DNA of 64,000 nucleotides from NCBI RefSeq assembly GCF_056712565.1, contig NZ_CM160072.1; one strand, 5' to 3'. Shown piece by piece: positions 40,287 to 56,139 of this stretch (position 1 is its first letter; each line of letters starts with the position of its first letter). The notes under the pieces were generated by a model. It saw only the letters and a program-made list of their open reading frames with translations, ran no database searches and was not told where the DNA came from. The position numbers and the translations under genes were made by a program.

Positions 40287-42382
40287 TGAAAAAAAGACAT
40301 CTGCTTAGCTTACTGGCGCTGGGCATTAGCACAGCTTGCTACGGCGAAATATATCCTGCGCCCATTGGTCCGTCGCAATCGGATTTCGGTGGCGTAGGAT
40401 TATTACAAACGCCCACCGCGCGCATGGCGCGGGAAGGGGAGCTGAGCCTGAACTATCGCGATAACGATCAGTACCGTTATTACTCAGCTTCAGTGCAACT
40501 CTTCCCGTGGCTGGAAACAACGCTGCGCTACACCGACGTGCGCACCCGGCAGTACAGCAGCGTCGAAGCATTCTCTGGCGATCAAACGTATAAAGATAAA
40601 GCCTTCGATCTCAAACTGCGTTTGTGGGAAGAGAGTTACTGGCTGCCGCAAGTGGCGGTTGGTGCGCGGGATATTGGCGGTACGGGGCTGTTTGATGCGG
40701 AATATCTTGTTGCCAGCAAAGCCTGGGGGCCGTTCGATTTTACGCTCGGTCTGGGCTGGGGATATCTGGGCACCAGCGGTAATGTGAAAAATCCGCTCTG
40801 TTCAGCCAGTGATAAATATTGCTATCGCGATAACAGCTACAAACAGGCGGGATCTATCGACGGTAGCCAGATGTTCCACGGCCCGGCCTCACTGTTTGGC
40901 GGCGTGGAATACCAGACGCCCTGGCAACCGCTGCGCCTGAAACTGGAGTATGAAGGCAATAATTATCAGCAGGATTTTGCCGGGAAGCTGGAGCAAAAAA
41001 GTAAGTTTAACGTCGGGGCGATTTATCGCGTTACCGATTGGGCCGACGTTAACCTTAGCTATGAACGTGGCAACACCTTTATGTTTGGCGTTACGCTGCG
41101 CACCAACTTTAACGATCTGCGCCCGTCCTACAACGATAACGCCCGCCCGCAATATCAACCGCAGCCGCAGGATGCCATTTTGCAGCACTCGGTGGTGGCG
41201 AATCAGTTAACGCTGTTGAAATACAACGCCGGACTGGCCGATCCGCAGATCCAGGCGAAAGGCGATACGCTGTATGTTACCGGCGAGCAGGTGAAATATC
41301 GTGATTCGCGCGAAGGGATCATCCGTGCTAATCGGATCGTGATGAACGATCTGCCGGATGGGATCAAAACGATCCGCATTACGGAAAATCGCCTTAACAT
41401 GCCGCAGGTGACGACGGAAACCGATGTCGCCAGCCTGAAAAATCATCTCGGCGGAGAGCCGTTGGGCCACGAAACGACGCTGGCGCAAAAACGCGTCGAG
41501 CCAGTGGTTCCGAAGTCCACCGAGCAGGGCTGGTATATCGACAAATCACGCTTTGATTTCCATATCGATCCGGTGCTGAACCAGTCGGTCGGTGGCCCGG
41601 AAAACTTTTACATGTATCAGCTGGGCGTGATGGGAACGGCGGATTTGTGGCTGACGGACCATCTGCTGACCACCGGCAGCCTGTTTGCTAACCTTGCCAA
41701 CAACTACGACAAGTTTAACTACACCAATCCGCCGCAGGACTCGCACTTACCGCGCGTTCGTACCCATGTGCGCGAGTATGTGCAGAACGATGTCTATGTG
41801 AATAACCTGCAAGCCAACTACTTCCAGCATCTGGGCAACGGCTTCTACGGTCAGGTCTACGGAGGTTATCTCGAAACCATGTTTGGCGGTGCGGGGGCAG
41901 AAGTGTTGTATCGCCCGCTGGACAGCAACTGGGCGTTTGGTCTGGATGCCAACTACGTTAAACAGCGCGACTGGCGTAGCGCAAAAGATATGATGAAATT
42001 CACCGATTACAGCGTGAAAACCGGACATCTGACCGCGTACTGGACGCCATCTTTCGCCCAGGACGTGTTAGTGAAAGCGAGCGTCGGGCAGTATCTGGCT
42101 GGGGATAAAGGCGGCACGCTGGAGATCGCCAAACGCTTTGATAGCGGCGTGGTAGTGGGGGGCTATGCCACGATCACGAATGTTTCGAAAGAGGAGTACG
42201 GCGAAGGGGACTTCACCAAAGGCGTGTATGTCTCTGTACCGCTGGATCTCTTCTCGTCTGGCCCGACACGCAGCCGTGCGGCGATTGGCTGGACGCCGCT
42301 GACGCGTGACGGTGGTCAGCAACTTGGGCGTAAGTTCCAGTTGTATGATATGACCAGCGACCGTAGCGTCAATTTCCGCTAA
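40286..42382 (+). CDS. yjbH: outer-membrane lipoprotein/porin-like YjbH
   Basis: 698-aa ORF with signal peptide and lipobox (LGISTAC); last gene of yjbEFGH. Confidence 0.85.
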
Positions 42383-42428
42383 GTCATGGGAAAGGTGCCA
42401 GTTTTCGCACTCACTGGCACCTTCATTC

Positions 42429-42707
42429 TTAATGGCCTGTCGAGCCATCAGGAACGTAGTTCACCCCCGGTTTGCGATCTGGTGTGTAAAGGCGAAAACA
42501 TTCTGTCTTCCTGTCCGTCGATATCGGTTGCAGGTCTGGTTGCCTGAGCGACTGGGCCATCATTGGACTGGAGACATTGCTTTGCGGTAGGTCGGCTTTA
42601 TCAGCAGTACCGAGCGGACCAGCATAAGCAGGAAGAACAGAGACTGATAACATCAAAGCAGCAAAATAAGACTTCATTTTTACCACCTTTATCAGGTTAC
42701 GTTTCAT
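42429..42707 (-). CDS. yjbT: small putative secreted protein (yjbT-like)
   Basis: 92-aa ORF with probable signal peptide (MKSYFAALMLSVSVLPAYA from internal Met); position between yjbH and psiE matches my recollection of K-12 yjbT. Confidence 0.45.
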   Translation of the reverse strand: MKRNLIKVVKMKSYFAALMLSVSVLPAYAGPLGTADKADLPQSNVSSPMMAQSLRQPDLQPISTDRKTECFRLYTPDRKPGVNYVPDGSTGH

Positions 42708-42921
42708 TTGTTCCAGAGGAACATTGTCGATTTTTCGCGCATTGCTGGTGGCTGGGAATCACCTGAATGGGTGATTTTTTTGGGCTGTGTGTTTTGCCAG
42801 ATGCGACGTTGATGGGAGATGCCCACTTAATTGAGCTGAACAAAACATACACAAAAAATATAGATCTCCGTCACATTTTTGCGTTATACAGGAAGCTCGC
42901 CACTGTGAAGGAGGTACTGCT

Positions 42922-43332
42922 ATGACGTCACTCTCTCGTCCGCGCGTGGAGTTTATCTCCACCATTTTGCAGACCGTACTCAATCTTGGCCTGTTGTGCC
43001 TCGGCCTGATTTTGGTTGTCTTCCTCGGCAAAGAAACGGTGCATCTGGCTGATGTGCTGTTTGCGCCAGAACAAGCCAGTAAATATGAGCTGGTAGAAGG
43101 GCTGGTGGTTTACTTTCTCTATTTCGAATTTATCGCGCTGATTGTGAAGTACTTTCAGTCCGGTTTTCACTTCCCGCTACGTTACTTTGTCTATATTGGG
43201 ATCACCGCCATTGTGCGCTTGATCATCGTCGATCATAAATCGCCACTGGATGTGTTGATCTACTCGGCAGCGATCCTGTTACTGGTGATCACCCTGTGGC
43301 TGTGTAATTCGAAACGGCTGAAGCGGGAGTAA
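42922..43332 (+). CDS. psiE: phosphate-starvation-inducible protein PsiE
   Basis: 136-aa polytopic membrane protein starting [25 protein letters not shown]. Confidence 0.9.
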   Translation: MTSLSRPRVEFISTILQTVLNLGLLCLGLILVVFLGKETVHLADVLFAPEQASKYELVEGLVVYFLYFEFIALIVKYFQSGFHFPLRYFVYIGITAIVRLIIVDHKSPLDVLIYSAAILLLVITLWLCNSKRLKRE

Positions 43333-43360
43333 AAAAAGGCGCTCCGTGGAGCGCCGAATA
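43333..43360. terminator. bidirectional rho-independent terminator between psiE and malG
   Basis: A-run, hairpin GGCGCTCC-GTG-GAGCGCC, between convergent psiE and malG. Confidence 0.7.
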
Positions 43361-43425
43361 ACAGTCACAAGTTGGGATAACGTAAGTTGAGGGTGCAGCG
43401 GCATAACATTGGCAGAACAACATCT

Positions 43426-44316
43426 TTAACCTTTCACACCACCTGCCGTCAGGCCGTTGACCAGCCAGCGTTGAGCCAGCAAGAAGACGATGGTGATCGG
43501 TAATGCAGACATCACGGCAGCGGCGGCAAAGTCACCCCACAGGTAGTTTTGCGGGTTGAGGTATTGCTGCATCCCCACGGCCAGGGTGTAGCTGTTTACG
43601 TCACGCAGTAATAGCGACGCGACCGGAACTTCAGTAATGGCAGCGATAAACGACAGGATGAACACAACCGCCAGAATCGGTACTGACAGCGGCAACAGGA
43701 CAAGGCGGAAGGCCTGCCACGGTGTCGCACCATCCAGCGCCGCCGCTTCTTCCAGCGAACTGTCGATGGTTTCGAAATAACCTTTGATGGTCCAGACATG
43801 CAGCGCAATCCCGCCCAGATACGCGAAAATTACGCCGCCGTGAGTATTCAGGCCAATGAATGGAATGTACTCACCCAGACGATCAAACAACGCATACAAC
43901 GCGACCAGTGAAAGTACTGCCGGGAACATCTGGAAAATCAGCATTCCTTTCAGCAGCGTCGCTTTGCCTGGAAAGCGCATACGGGCGAAAGCGTAGGCGC
44001 AGGTGGTGGAGAGCGCCACAATGCCAATCGCGGAAATCCCGGCGACCTTTACCGAGTTCCACAGCCACAGCAGTACCGGGAATGGCGGTGGCGTAATGCG
44101 ACCATCAGCCTGTTCCACGCTAAAACCTAACGCCAGTTTCCAGTGATCCCAGGAGATTTGCTCCGGGATCAGACTACCGGTCGCGAAGTTCCCCTGACGC
44201 AGCGAGATGGCGACGACCATCAGCAGCGGGAACATAATTGCCGCGATAAAAAGTAGCAGTAGCAGGTGAGTAATAAACAAACGTGCTTTTTGCGATTTCG
44301 GTTGGACCATTGCCAT
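43426..44316 (-). CDS. malG: maltose ABC transporter permease MalG
   Basis: 296-aa ORF starting [34 protein letters not shown]. Confidence 0.94.
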
Positions 44317-44330
44317 TTTTGTTATCTCCC

Positions 44331-45875
44331 TTAATCAAACTTCATTCGCGTGGCTTTCAGGTTCACTATCGCCAGCGCGCCCACCAGCAGGAAGATCAGC
44401 GTGGCAATTGCTGCTGCCAGACCGAAGTCCTGACCCCCGCCGCCTTCAAAAGCGATACGGTAGGTGTAGTTAACAAGCAGGTCGGTATAACCGGCTGGCG
44501 TGGTCGTGCCAAGACGATCCGGGCCGCCGTTGGTTAACAGTTGAATCAGCACGAAGTTGTTAAAGTTAAAGGCGAAGCTGGCGATCATCAGCGGCGTCAG
44601 CGGTTTAATCAGCAGCGGCAGCGTAATCTTAAAGAAGTTCTGGAATGGACCTGCGCCATCCATTGCTGAGGCTTCATACAAATCGTCCGGAATCGCCTTC
44701 AGCAAGCCCATGCAGAGGATCATCATGTACGGATAACCCAGCCAGGTGTTGACGATAATCAGCATCGTGCGGGCGGTGGTCGGATCGCTGAACCAGGCGG
44801 GCTTCACGCCAAACAGCGCGCTCAACATCATGTTGATTTCACCAAAACTCTGGTTAAACAACCCTTTGAAAATCAAGATTGAAATGAACGATGGCACCGC
44901 GTAGGGCAGAATAAGCAGGACGCGATAGACCGCTTTGCCGCGCAACGCTTCCCACTGCACCAGACACGCCAGAACCATGCCGACCGCCACCGTTAAAAAG
45001 ACAGTGATCAGCGAGAACACCACGGTCCAGACGAAAATGGCGAGGAACGGTTTCTGAATGCCTTCGTCGGTAAAGACGCGGGTAAAGTTTTTCCAGCCGG
45101 TGGTCACGGTGTAACCGGGGCTTAGCTTTTCATCCCCCCAGTGACCGTCGGCGGTAATGGATTGGTAAAAACCAATTTGGTTATTCGGCCGATATTTCAC
45201 GCCGCTCTGGTTATTCGTCAACGTGCCGTCACCGTCGAGTGTGTAGAGCGGCTGCGTGCCAGAAAACTGGCGCAGGGAGCTCATCATCACTTTGTTGCCA
45301 TCCGGCAGAATGGCGGTAATGTCACTCAGTGCCTGACGATTCTGGGTAATTACGCGCAGATTCGCGCGTTCGCCTTCGGGCTGGGCGGTCGTTTCTTTCA
45401 GTTGCAGTTTTTGCTCGCCGCCAAATTTAAAAGCGTCGGAGAGGTAATTTTTGCCGGTTTCGCCGTCGCTGAGCGCCAGTTGCCACTCATCGCCCGCCGG
45501 ATAAAGACCAAAATTATAGATTTTGCCTGCTTGCCAGGAGCGATCTAGCAACACTTCCTGCGCACGTTCAAAAGTCAGCTGGTTAGTGCTGCTGTAGTTG
45601 GTGAAGGCAATGGCGATGGTGCAGACCAGAGGGAAGAGGACGAATAATCCCATTCCAGCCATTCCCGGGTAAACATAGCGCCAGGCGTAGGCTTTACGAT
45701 TGGCGAAAATATACAGCCCCGCTGAGCTCAATATCAGCGTGGTAATGGCGAACAGGTATTCCCCTTGTGCGTACATTAAAACAACAAGGTAACCCACCAG
45801 CAGGCCGAGCAGACCTAACACTGACCATTTCAGCGCGTCGCTTTGCCACCAATGTTTCTTTTTAATGACATCCAT
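44331..45875 (-). CDS. malF: maltose ABC transporter permease MalF
   Basis: 514-aa product from [17 protein letters not shown] inside ORF 44331-45890. Confidence 0.94.
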   Translation of the reverse strand: MDVIKKKHWWQSDALKWSVLGLLGLLVGYLVVLMYAQGEYLFAITTLILSSAGLYIFANRKAYAWRYVYPGMAGMGLFVLFPLVCTIAIAFTNYSSTNQLTFERAQEVLLDRSWQAGKIYNFGLYPAGDEWQLALSDGETGKNYLSDAFKFGGEQKLQLKETTAQPEGERANLRVITQNRQALSDITAILPDGNKVMMSSLRQFSGTQPLYTLDGDGTLTNNQSGVKYRPNNQIGFYQSITADGHWGDEKLSPGYTVTTGWKNFTRVFTDEGIQKPFLAIFVWTVVFSLITVFLTVAVGMVLACLVQWEALRGKAVYRVLLILPYAVPSFISILIFKGLFNQSFGEINMMLSALFGVKPAWFSDPTTARTMLIIVNTWLGYPYMMILCMGLLKAIPDDLYEASAMDGAGPFQNFFKITLPLLIKPLTPLMIASFAFNFNNFVLIQLLTNGGPDRLGTTTPAGYTDLLVNYTYRIAFEGGGGQDFGLAAAIATLIFLLVGALAIVNLKATRMKFD

Positions 45876-45892
45876 GGGGTTCTTCCTCATTC

Positions 45893-47583
<1,691 letters not shown>

Positions 47584-48699
47584 ATGGCGAGCGTACAGCT
47601 GCAAAATGTAACGAAAGCCTGGGGCGAGGTCGTGGTATCGAAAGATATCAATCTCGATATCCATGAAGGTGAATTCGTGGTGTTTGTCGGACCGTCTGGC
47701 TGCGGTAAATCGACTTTACTGCGCATGATTGCCGGGCTTGAGACGATCACCAGCGGCGACCTGTTCATCGGTGAGAAGCGGATGAATGACACTCCGCCTG
47801 CAGAACGCGGCGTTGGTATGGTGTTTCAGTCTTACGCGCTCTATCCCCACCTGTCAGTAGCAGAAAACATGTCATTTGGCCTGAAACTGGCGGGCGCGAA
47901 AAAAGAAGTGATTAACCAGCGAGTTAACCAGGTTGCGGAAGTGCTGCAACTGGCGCATTTGCTGGATCGCAAACCGAAAGCGCTCTCCGGTGGTCAGCGT
48001 CAGCGTGTGGCGATTGGCCGTACGCTGGTGGCCGAGCCAAGCGTATTTTTGCTCGATGAACCGCTCTCCAACCTCGATGCTGCACTGCGTGTGCAAATGC
48101 GTATCGAAATCTCCCGTCTGCATAAACGCCTGGGCCGCACAATGATTTACGTCACCCACGATCAGGTCGAAGCGATGACGCTGGCCGACAAAATCGTGGT
48201 GCTGGACGCTGGTCGCGTGGCGCAGGTTGGGAAACCGCTGGAGCTGTATCACTATCCGGCAGACCGTTTTGTCGCCGGATTTATCGGTTCGCCAAAGATG
48301 AACTTCCTGCCAGTAAAAGTGACCGCCACCGCAATCGATCAAGTGCAGGTGGAGCTGCCGATGCCGAATCGTCAGCAAGTCTGGCTACCGGTCGAAAGCC
48401 GTGATGTCCAGGTTGGAGCCAATATGTCACTGGGTATTCGCCCGGAGCATCTACTGCCGAGTGATATCGCTGACGTCATCCTTGAGGGTGAAGTTCAGGT
48501 CGTTGAGCAACTCGGCAACGAAACGCAAATCCATATCCAGATCCCTTCCATTCGTCAAAACCTGGTGTACCGCCAGAACGACGTGGTGTTGGTAGAAGAA
48601 GGTGCCACATTCGCTATCGGCCTGCCGCCAGAGCGTTGCCATCTGTTCCGTGAGGATGGCACTGCATGTCGTCGACTGCATAAGGAGCCGGGCGTTTAA
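47584..48699 (+). CDS. malK: maltose ABC transporter ATP-binding protein MalK
   Basis: 371-aa product from [16 protein letters not shown]; Walker [13 protein letters not shown] signature LSGGQRQR. Confidence 0.95.
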   Translation: MASVQLQNVTKAWGEVVVSKDINLDIHEGEFVVFVGPSGCGKSTLLRMIAGLETITSGDLFIGEKRMNDTPPAERGVGMVFQSYALYPHLSVAENMSFGLKLAGAKKEVINQRVNQVAEVLQLAHLLDRKPKALSGGQRQRVAIGRTLVAEPSVFLLDEPLSNLDAALRVQMRIEISRLHKRLGRTMIYVTHDQVEAMTLADKIVVLDAGRVAQVGKPLELYHYPADRFVAGFIGSPKMNFLPVKVTATAIDQVQVELPMPNRQQVWLPVESRDVQVGANMSLGIRPEHLLPSDIADVILEGEVQVVEQLGNETQIHIQIPSIRQNLVYRQNDVVLVEEGATFAIGLPPERCHLFREDGTACRRLHKEPGV

Positions 48700-48740
48700 G
48701 CACCCCACAAAACACACAAAGCCTGTCACAGGTGATGTGA

Positions 48741-50111
<1,371 letters not shown>

Positions 50112-50123
50112 TAGCAAAACCTG

Positions 50124-50338
<215 letters not shown>

Positions 50339-50433
50339 AAAAACAGCTTTAAGGGGCGAAAGCCCCTCTGATTATCGGGTTTAGCGCGCTATTGCCTGGC
50401 TACCGCTGAGCTCCAGATTTTGAGGTGAAAACA

Positions 50434-51354
50434 ATGAAAATGAATAAAAGTCTCATCGCTCTCTGTTTATCAGCAGGGTTGCTGGCAAGCGCACCTGGAA
50501 TCAGTCTTGCCGATGTTAACTACGTACCGCAAAACACCAGCGACGCGCCAGCCATTCCATCTGCCGCGCTGCAACAACTCACCTGGACACCGGTCGATCA
50601 ATCTAAAACCCAGACTACTCAACTGTCGACCGGCGGCCAACAACTGAATGTCCCTGGCATCAGTGGTCCGGTTGCTGCGTACAGCGTCCCGGCAAACATT
50701 GGTGAACTGACACTGACGCTGACCAGCGAAGTGAACAAACAAACCAGCGTATTTGCGCCGAATGTGCTGATTCTTGATCAGAACATGACTCCATCAGCCT
50801 TCTTCCCCAGCAGTTATTTCACCTACCAGGAACCCGGCGTGATGAGTGCAGATCGGCTGGAAGGCGTTATGCGCCTGACACCGGCGTTGGGGCAGCAAAA
50901 ACTTTATGTTCTGGTCTTTACCACGGAAAAAGATCTCCAGCAGACGACTCAACTGCTCGACCCGGCTAAAGCCTATGCCAAAGGCGTCGGTAACTCGATC
51001 CCGGATATTCCCGATCCGGTTGCTCGTCATACCACCGATGGCTTACTGAAACTGAAAGTGAAAACGAACTCCAGCTCCAGCGTGTTGGTAGGACCACTAT
51101 TTGGTTCTTCCGCTCCAGCTCCGGTTACGGTAGGCAACACGGCGGCACCAGCTGTGGCTGCACCCGCTCCGGCACCGGTGAAGAAAAGCGAGCCGATGCT
51201 CAACGACACGGAAAGTTATTTTAATACCGCGATCAAAAACGCTGTCGCGAAAGGTGATGTTGATAAGGCGTTAAAACTGCTTGATGAAGCTGAACGCCTG
51301 GGGTCGACATCTGCCCGTTCCACCTTTATCAGCAGTGTAAAAGGCAAGGGGTAA
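50434..51354 (+). CDS. malM: maltose regulon periplasmic protein MalM
   Basis: 306-aa product from MKMNKSLIALCLSAGLLASAPGISLA. Confidence 0.9.
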   Translation: MKMNKSLIALCLSAGLLASAPGISLADVNYVPQNTSDAPAIPSAALQQLTWTPVDQSKTQTTQLSTGGQQLNVPGISGPVAAYSVPANIGELTLTLTSEVNKQTSVFAPNVLILDQNMTPSAFFPSSYFTYQEPGVMSADRLEGVMRLTPALGQQKLYVLVFTTEKDLQQTTQLLDPAKAYAKGVGNSIPDIPDPVARHTTDGLLKLKVKTNSSSSVLVGPLFGSSAPAPVTVGNTAAPAVAAPAPAPVKKSEPMLNDTESYFNTAIKNAVAKGDVDKALKLLDEAERLGSTSARSTFISSVKGKG

Positions 51355-51532
51355 TTACGCCCCACAGTGCTGATTTTGCAACAACTGGTGCGTCTCCTGG
51401 CGCACCTTTTTTTCTCCTCCTGTACTATTGTTGCGTTTTTGTTGCGCATTAGTTCACTTAATTTGCTTTACATCTCCCGTAAATATTTTTCTGCGATACA
51501 ATGCCTTTACGTTATGTAACGGAGAGTTCGGC

Positions 51533-52030
51533 ATGTCACACCCCGCGTTAACGCAACTGCGTGCGCTGCGCTATTTTACAGAGATCCCTGCCCTAGAGCC
51601 GCAACTGCTCGACTGGCTGTTGCTGGAAGATTCCATGACAAAACGTTTTGAACAGCAGGGAAAAACGGTGAGCGTGACGATGATCCGCGAAGGGTTTGTC
51701 GAGCAGAATGAAATCCCCGAAGAACTGCCACTGCTGCCGAAAGAGTCTCGTTACTGGTTACGTGAAATTTTGTTATGTGCCGATGGTGAACCGTGGCTTG
51801 CCGGTCGTACCGTCGTTCCTGTGTCAACGTTAAGCGGGCCGGAGCTGGCGTTACAAAAATTAGGTAAAACGCCGTTAGGACGCTATCTGTTCACATCATC
51901 GACATTAACCCGGGACTTTATTGAGATAGGCCGTGATGCCGGACTGTGGGGGCGACGTTCCCGCCTGCGATTAAGCGGTAAACCGCTGTTGCTAACAGAA
52001 CTGTTTTTACCGGCGTCACCGTTGTACTAA
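51533..52030 (+). CDS. ubiC: chorismate pyruvate-lyase
   Basis: 165-aa product from [15 protein letters not shown] inside ORF 51428-52030. Confidence 0.9.
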   Translation: MSHPALTQLRALRYFTEIPALEPQLLDWLLLEDSMTKRFEQQGKTVSVTMIREGFVEQNEIPEELPLLPKESRYWLREILLCADGEPWLAGRTVVPVSTLSGPELALQKLGKTPLGRYLFTSSTLTRDFIEIGRDAGLWGRRSRLRLSGKPLLLTELFLPASPLY

Positions 52031-52042
52031 GAGGAAAAAAAT

Positions 52043-52915
52043 ATGGAGTGGAGTCTGACGCAGAATAAGCTGCTGGCGTTTCATCGCTTAATGCGTACGG
52101 ATAAGCCAATTGGCGCGTTACTGCTGCTCTGGCCAACATTATGGGCGTTGTGGGTGGCGACACCGGGCGTTCCCCAGCTCTGGATCCTGGCGGTGTTTGT
52201 CGCGGGCGTCTGGCTGATGCGCGCTGCTGGTTGTGTGGTGAATGATTATGCTGACCGCAAGTTTGATGGTCATGTTAAGCGCACGGCGAACCGACCACTT
52301 CCCAGCGGCGCGGTAACGGAGAAAGAGGCGCGCGCGCTGTTTGTAGTGCTGGTACTGATTTCATTTTTACTGGTGCTGACGCTGAATACGATGACTATTC
52401 TGTTGTCGATTGCCGCGCTGGCGCTGGCGTGGGTATACCCGTTTATGAAGCGGTATACCCATCTACCGCAAGTGGTGCTGGGCGCGGCGTTTGGCTGGTC
52501 GATTCCAATGGCTTTTGCCGCTGTGAGTGAGTCGGTGCCATTGAGTTGCTGGTTAATGTTCCTCGCCAATATTCTCTGGGCGGTGGCTTACGACACGCAG
52601 TATGCGATGGTTGACCGCGATGATGATGTGAAGATTGGCATTAAATCCACCGCAATCCTGTTCGGCCAATACGATAAATTGATTATTGGTATTTTTCAGA
52701 TTGGCGTACTAGCGCTGATGGCGATCATCGGTGAGTTAAATGGCTTAGGCTGGGGATATTACTGGTCAATTCTGGTAGCTGGCGCGCTGTTTGTTTATCA
52801 ACAAAAACTGATTGCCAACCGCGAGCGTGAAGCCTGCTTTAAAGCATTTATGAATAATAACTATGTTGGTCTGGTACTGTTTTTAGGGCTGGCAATGAGT
52901 TACTGGCATTTCTGA
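52043..52915 (+). CDS. ubiA: 4-hydroxybenzoate octaprenyltransferase
   Basis: 290-aa polytopic ORF with UbiA prenyltransferase motif NDYADRKFD. Confidence 0.94.
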
Positions 52916-52939
52916 TGATGTAAAAAAGCCGGATGATCA

Positions 52940-53060
52940 TCCGGCTTTCTTCTGGGTTGCCTGATGCGCTGCGCTTCTCAGGCCTACAACATATCGCAAT
53001 TTATTGAATTTGCAGATCATGGTAGGCCGAATAAGGCGTTTGCGTCGCATCCGGCAATTC
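52940..53060. repeat. REP/BIME elements between ubiA and plsB
   Basis: GCCGGATGATCATCCGGC hairpin and GTAGGCCGAATAAGGCGTTTGCGTCGCATCCGGCA. Confidence 0.8.
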
Positions 53061-53067
53061 TCACTGA

Positions 53068-55491
53068 TTACCCTTCGCCCTGCGTCGCACTCTCAATCGT
53101 CAAACGCACGTCTGATGTAATCAACTCCGCCAGCAACTGATACACCTTCATCGTTTCTGCCGGTTCGGCGTCGCCGCTATCGCTGATATACCCTTCATCA
53201 CGCAGTGTCAGCACCAGAGAACTGAACACCGCCTTGTCGAAGAACTCCGGCGCGTTGATACCGTGCAGCACGGAGAGACGTTGCGCGACGGTGCGGCTCT
53301 CTTTTTCCAGCGTACCGCGGTTGATCGACGGGTTGGCACTCAACAGCCAGAAGGTGATGGCATAACGTTGCAGCGTTTCGCGCGCGCCTGCGGCCAGCAG
53401 CTGTAGCGTGCGAGAATGCGCCGGGTTGATATGCAACTCATCATCTTGCAGGGTAATCAGCCCCTGACGTTGCATCTCATTTGCCAGCGCATCAATAACG
53501 TCCGGTAACTCGTCGCGATCCCAGCGCAGGAACAGCTCCGCTTTCAGCATTGGGTAAAGCACATTGACGTGCTCCATCAATACGTCGCGGGAGATGTGGC
53601 GATGCTGGGTGACAATTGCCGCCATCAGCGAAGGCAGCACCAACATATGTGCAATGTTGTTGCGATAGTAGGTCATCAGCACCGCTTGCTCGCGCGGCAG
53701 AATGATGATGTCGCCGATAGTGTCTTTCTCAACTTCAAACTTGTTCATTTGCAGCGCGTGATCGATAAGCTCGCTGGCGCTGGCTGAAGGAACGGTAGAG
53801 TCCGTGGAGTAAGGCACGTTGCGCATCAGATCCAGGTAGCAGTTGAGTTGCTCGGTTAACTGCTCGCGGGTGAGTGAGCGCTGACGTGACGCCAGAAGCG
53901 CAGTACAGCACAGGTTCATGGCGTTTGCCGCGCCTGCGTTGTTAATGCGTACCATCAGATCGGCAGCAATATTATTGACCGTCGGCGTTAACCAGGCCGG
54001 ACGCACCGCTTCGATGGGATCGATAGATTCACGCCAGTCTGGTACGTGCTGGTTAAGGTAGGTCATCAACGGCATTGGTTCACCGAAGTTGACGTAACCC
54101 TGACCGAGATTACGCAGCTTGCTTAAACCACGCAGCATCTGCGGCAGGCTCTCTTTCTCTTTCGTCGCACCGCGCAGTTCTTTGGCGTAAGTACCCACTT
54201 CCATGACGTGCTCATAACCGATATAGATCGGAATCAGCGTAATCGGACGAGTGCCGCCACGCAGCATCGCCTGAATGGTCATCGATAGCGTACCGGTTTT
54301 CGGATCCAGCAAACGCCCCGTACGGGAACGACCGCCTTCCACGAAATACTCGACGGAATAACCACGGCTGAACAGTTCGCCGAGATACTCACGGAAAACG
54401 GTGGAATAAAGTTTATTGCCTTTAAACGTACGGCGAATAAAGAACGCCCCCAGACGGCGGAAAATCGGCCCGGCCGGCCAGAAGTTCAGGTTGATCCCGG
54501 CGGCGATATGCGGCGGCACCAGCCCCTGGTGATACAGCACGTAAGAAAGCAGCAGGTAGTCCATGTGACTGCGGTGGCAAGGCACATACACTAGCTCATG
54601 GCCGTCGTGGGCCAGCTGGCGAACGCGCTCGGCGTTATGGACGTTGATACCCTGGTAAAGTCGGTTCCAGGTGAAGCCCAGAATGCGGTCAGTCAGGCGG
54701 ATCATCTCGTAAGAGAAATTCGCCGCAATCTCTTCCATCAGCGCAATCGCGTTCTGCTGCGCTTTTTCATGGGAGATTTTTTTGCTGCGCGCTTCATCTT
54801 CTACCGCTTTCGCAATGGCGCGGGAGGCGAGCAGCTTATTAAACAGATCCTGACGAGCAGGCAGACGTGGACCCACGGCAGCCAGGCGTTGACGGGCAAA
54901 GTGCATACGCGCCACGCGCGCCAGTTTCTGAGCGATAGTTTTATCCGTGCCGTGTTCATCCGCCATACGGCGCAGCGAAACTGACGGCGAGAAACGCACA
55001 AAACTGTCGCGACCGAGCCACAGTACAGCGAAAAATTTCTGTACACCGTTAAGCATACGCAGCGGCGGGTTCACTTCGCCTTTTTCACGCCCCGGCGCGC
55101 GACCAAACATCACCGATACTGGCACCATCTGCACATCCAGATTTGGGTTGCTGCGGTGCAAATCGAGATAGTCGTGGAACAGCTTAATAGACTCTTCTTT
55201 CGGCGTGTAATAGGTGAACACACGCGGCCCGCCGTGAATGAACACATAGCGCGGCAGTAGCGTGCCGTCGATTTCCAGCGGCTCTAACGGGTCAGGCAGG
55301 TCATGTGCCAGACACTGGGCGCGCAACGTCAGCAAGTCAGCTTTCGAGTTGTACGGTAAAACGTACATAATTGGACGAGAGGTATCCAGCCCCAGTTCCG
55401 GGGCAGGATCCGCCGGAATAGACTTGCTTTTTACCAGGATGCTTAATGGTAAATTCAGTAATTTGTAGTAAATTCGTGGCCAGCCGGACAT
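53068..55491 (-). CDS. plsB: glycerol-3-phosphate 1-O-acyltransferase
   Basis: About 807-aa product from [13 protein letters not shown] inside ORF 53068-55551; acyltransferase HXXXXD motif ([10 protein letters not shown]). Confidence 0.93.
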
Positions 55492-55661
55492 AAACGATGT
55501 AAAGCCTCTGGTTAATAATGCAAATGCGCGGCAAGGATAGCAGAAAGTCATGGGAAATTCTGTGGTATCCGCTCATGTTTCGCGCGGCGTTACGCAAACC
55601 CGAATCATCGGATTTAACGGTACACTGATATTGACGCTCATAATGTAAAAAGGTTCTTTCA

Positions 55662-56030
55662 ATGGCCAATAATACCACTGGATTCATCCGAATTATTAAA
55701 GCTGCTGGCTATTCCTGGAAAGGTTTACGCGCTGCATGGATCAACGAAGCGGCATTCCGTCAGGAAGGCGTAGCGGTATTGTTAGCGGTGGTTATCGCCT
55801 GCTGGCTGGATGTGGACGCGATTACCCGCGTGCTGCTTATCAGCTCCGTGATGCTGGTGATGATTGTGGAAATTCTCAATAGCGCCATCGAAGCTGTGGT
55901 TGACCGAATTGGCTCTGAATACCATGAGCTTTCCGGACGCGCTAAAGATATGGGATCCGCCGCAGTGCTGATTGCCATTATCGTCGCCGTGATTACCTGG
56001 TGCATCCTGTTATGGTCGCATTTTGGATAA
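55662..56030 (+). CDS. dgkA: diacylglycerol kinase
   Basis: 122-aa ORF starting MANNTTGFIRIIKAAGYSWKGLRAAW; three TM helices. Confidence 0.93.
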   Translation: MANNTTGFIRIIKAAGYSWKGLRAAWINEAAFRQEGVAVLLAVVIACWLDVDAITRVLLISSVMLVMIVEILNSAIEAVVDRIGSEYHELSGRAKDMGSAAVLIAIIVAVITWCILLWSHFG

Positions 56031-56094
56031 CCCTTCCAGATTTCGATAAATCTCTGGTTTATTGTGCAGTTTATGGTTCCAAAATCGCCTTTTG

Positions 56095-56131
56095 CTGTAT
56101 ATACTCACAGCATAACTGTATATACACCCAG
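56095..56131 (+). promoter_or_regulatory. tandem LexA SOS boxes in lexA promoter
   Basis: CTGTATATACTCACAG (56095-56110) and CTGTATATACACCCAG (56116-56131), both CTGT-N8-ACAG type, just upstream of lexA ATG. Confidence 0.9.
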
Positions 56132-56139
56132 GGGGCGGA

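Noticed and set aside
42759-43031. 90-aa minus-strand ORF spanning the psiE promoter and start
   Set aside because: Overlaps the psiE 5' end on the opposite strand, no RBS, composition untypical; likely spurious.
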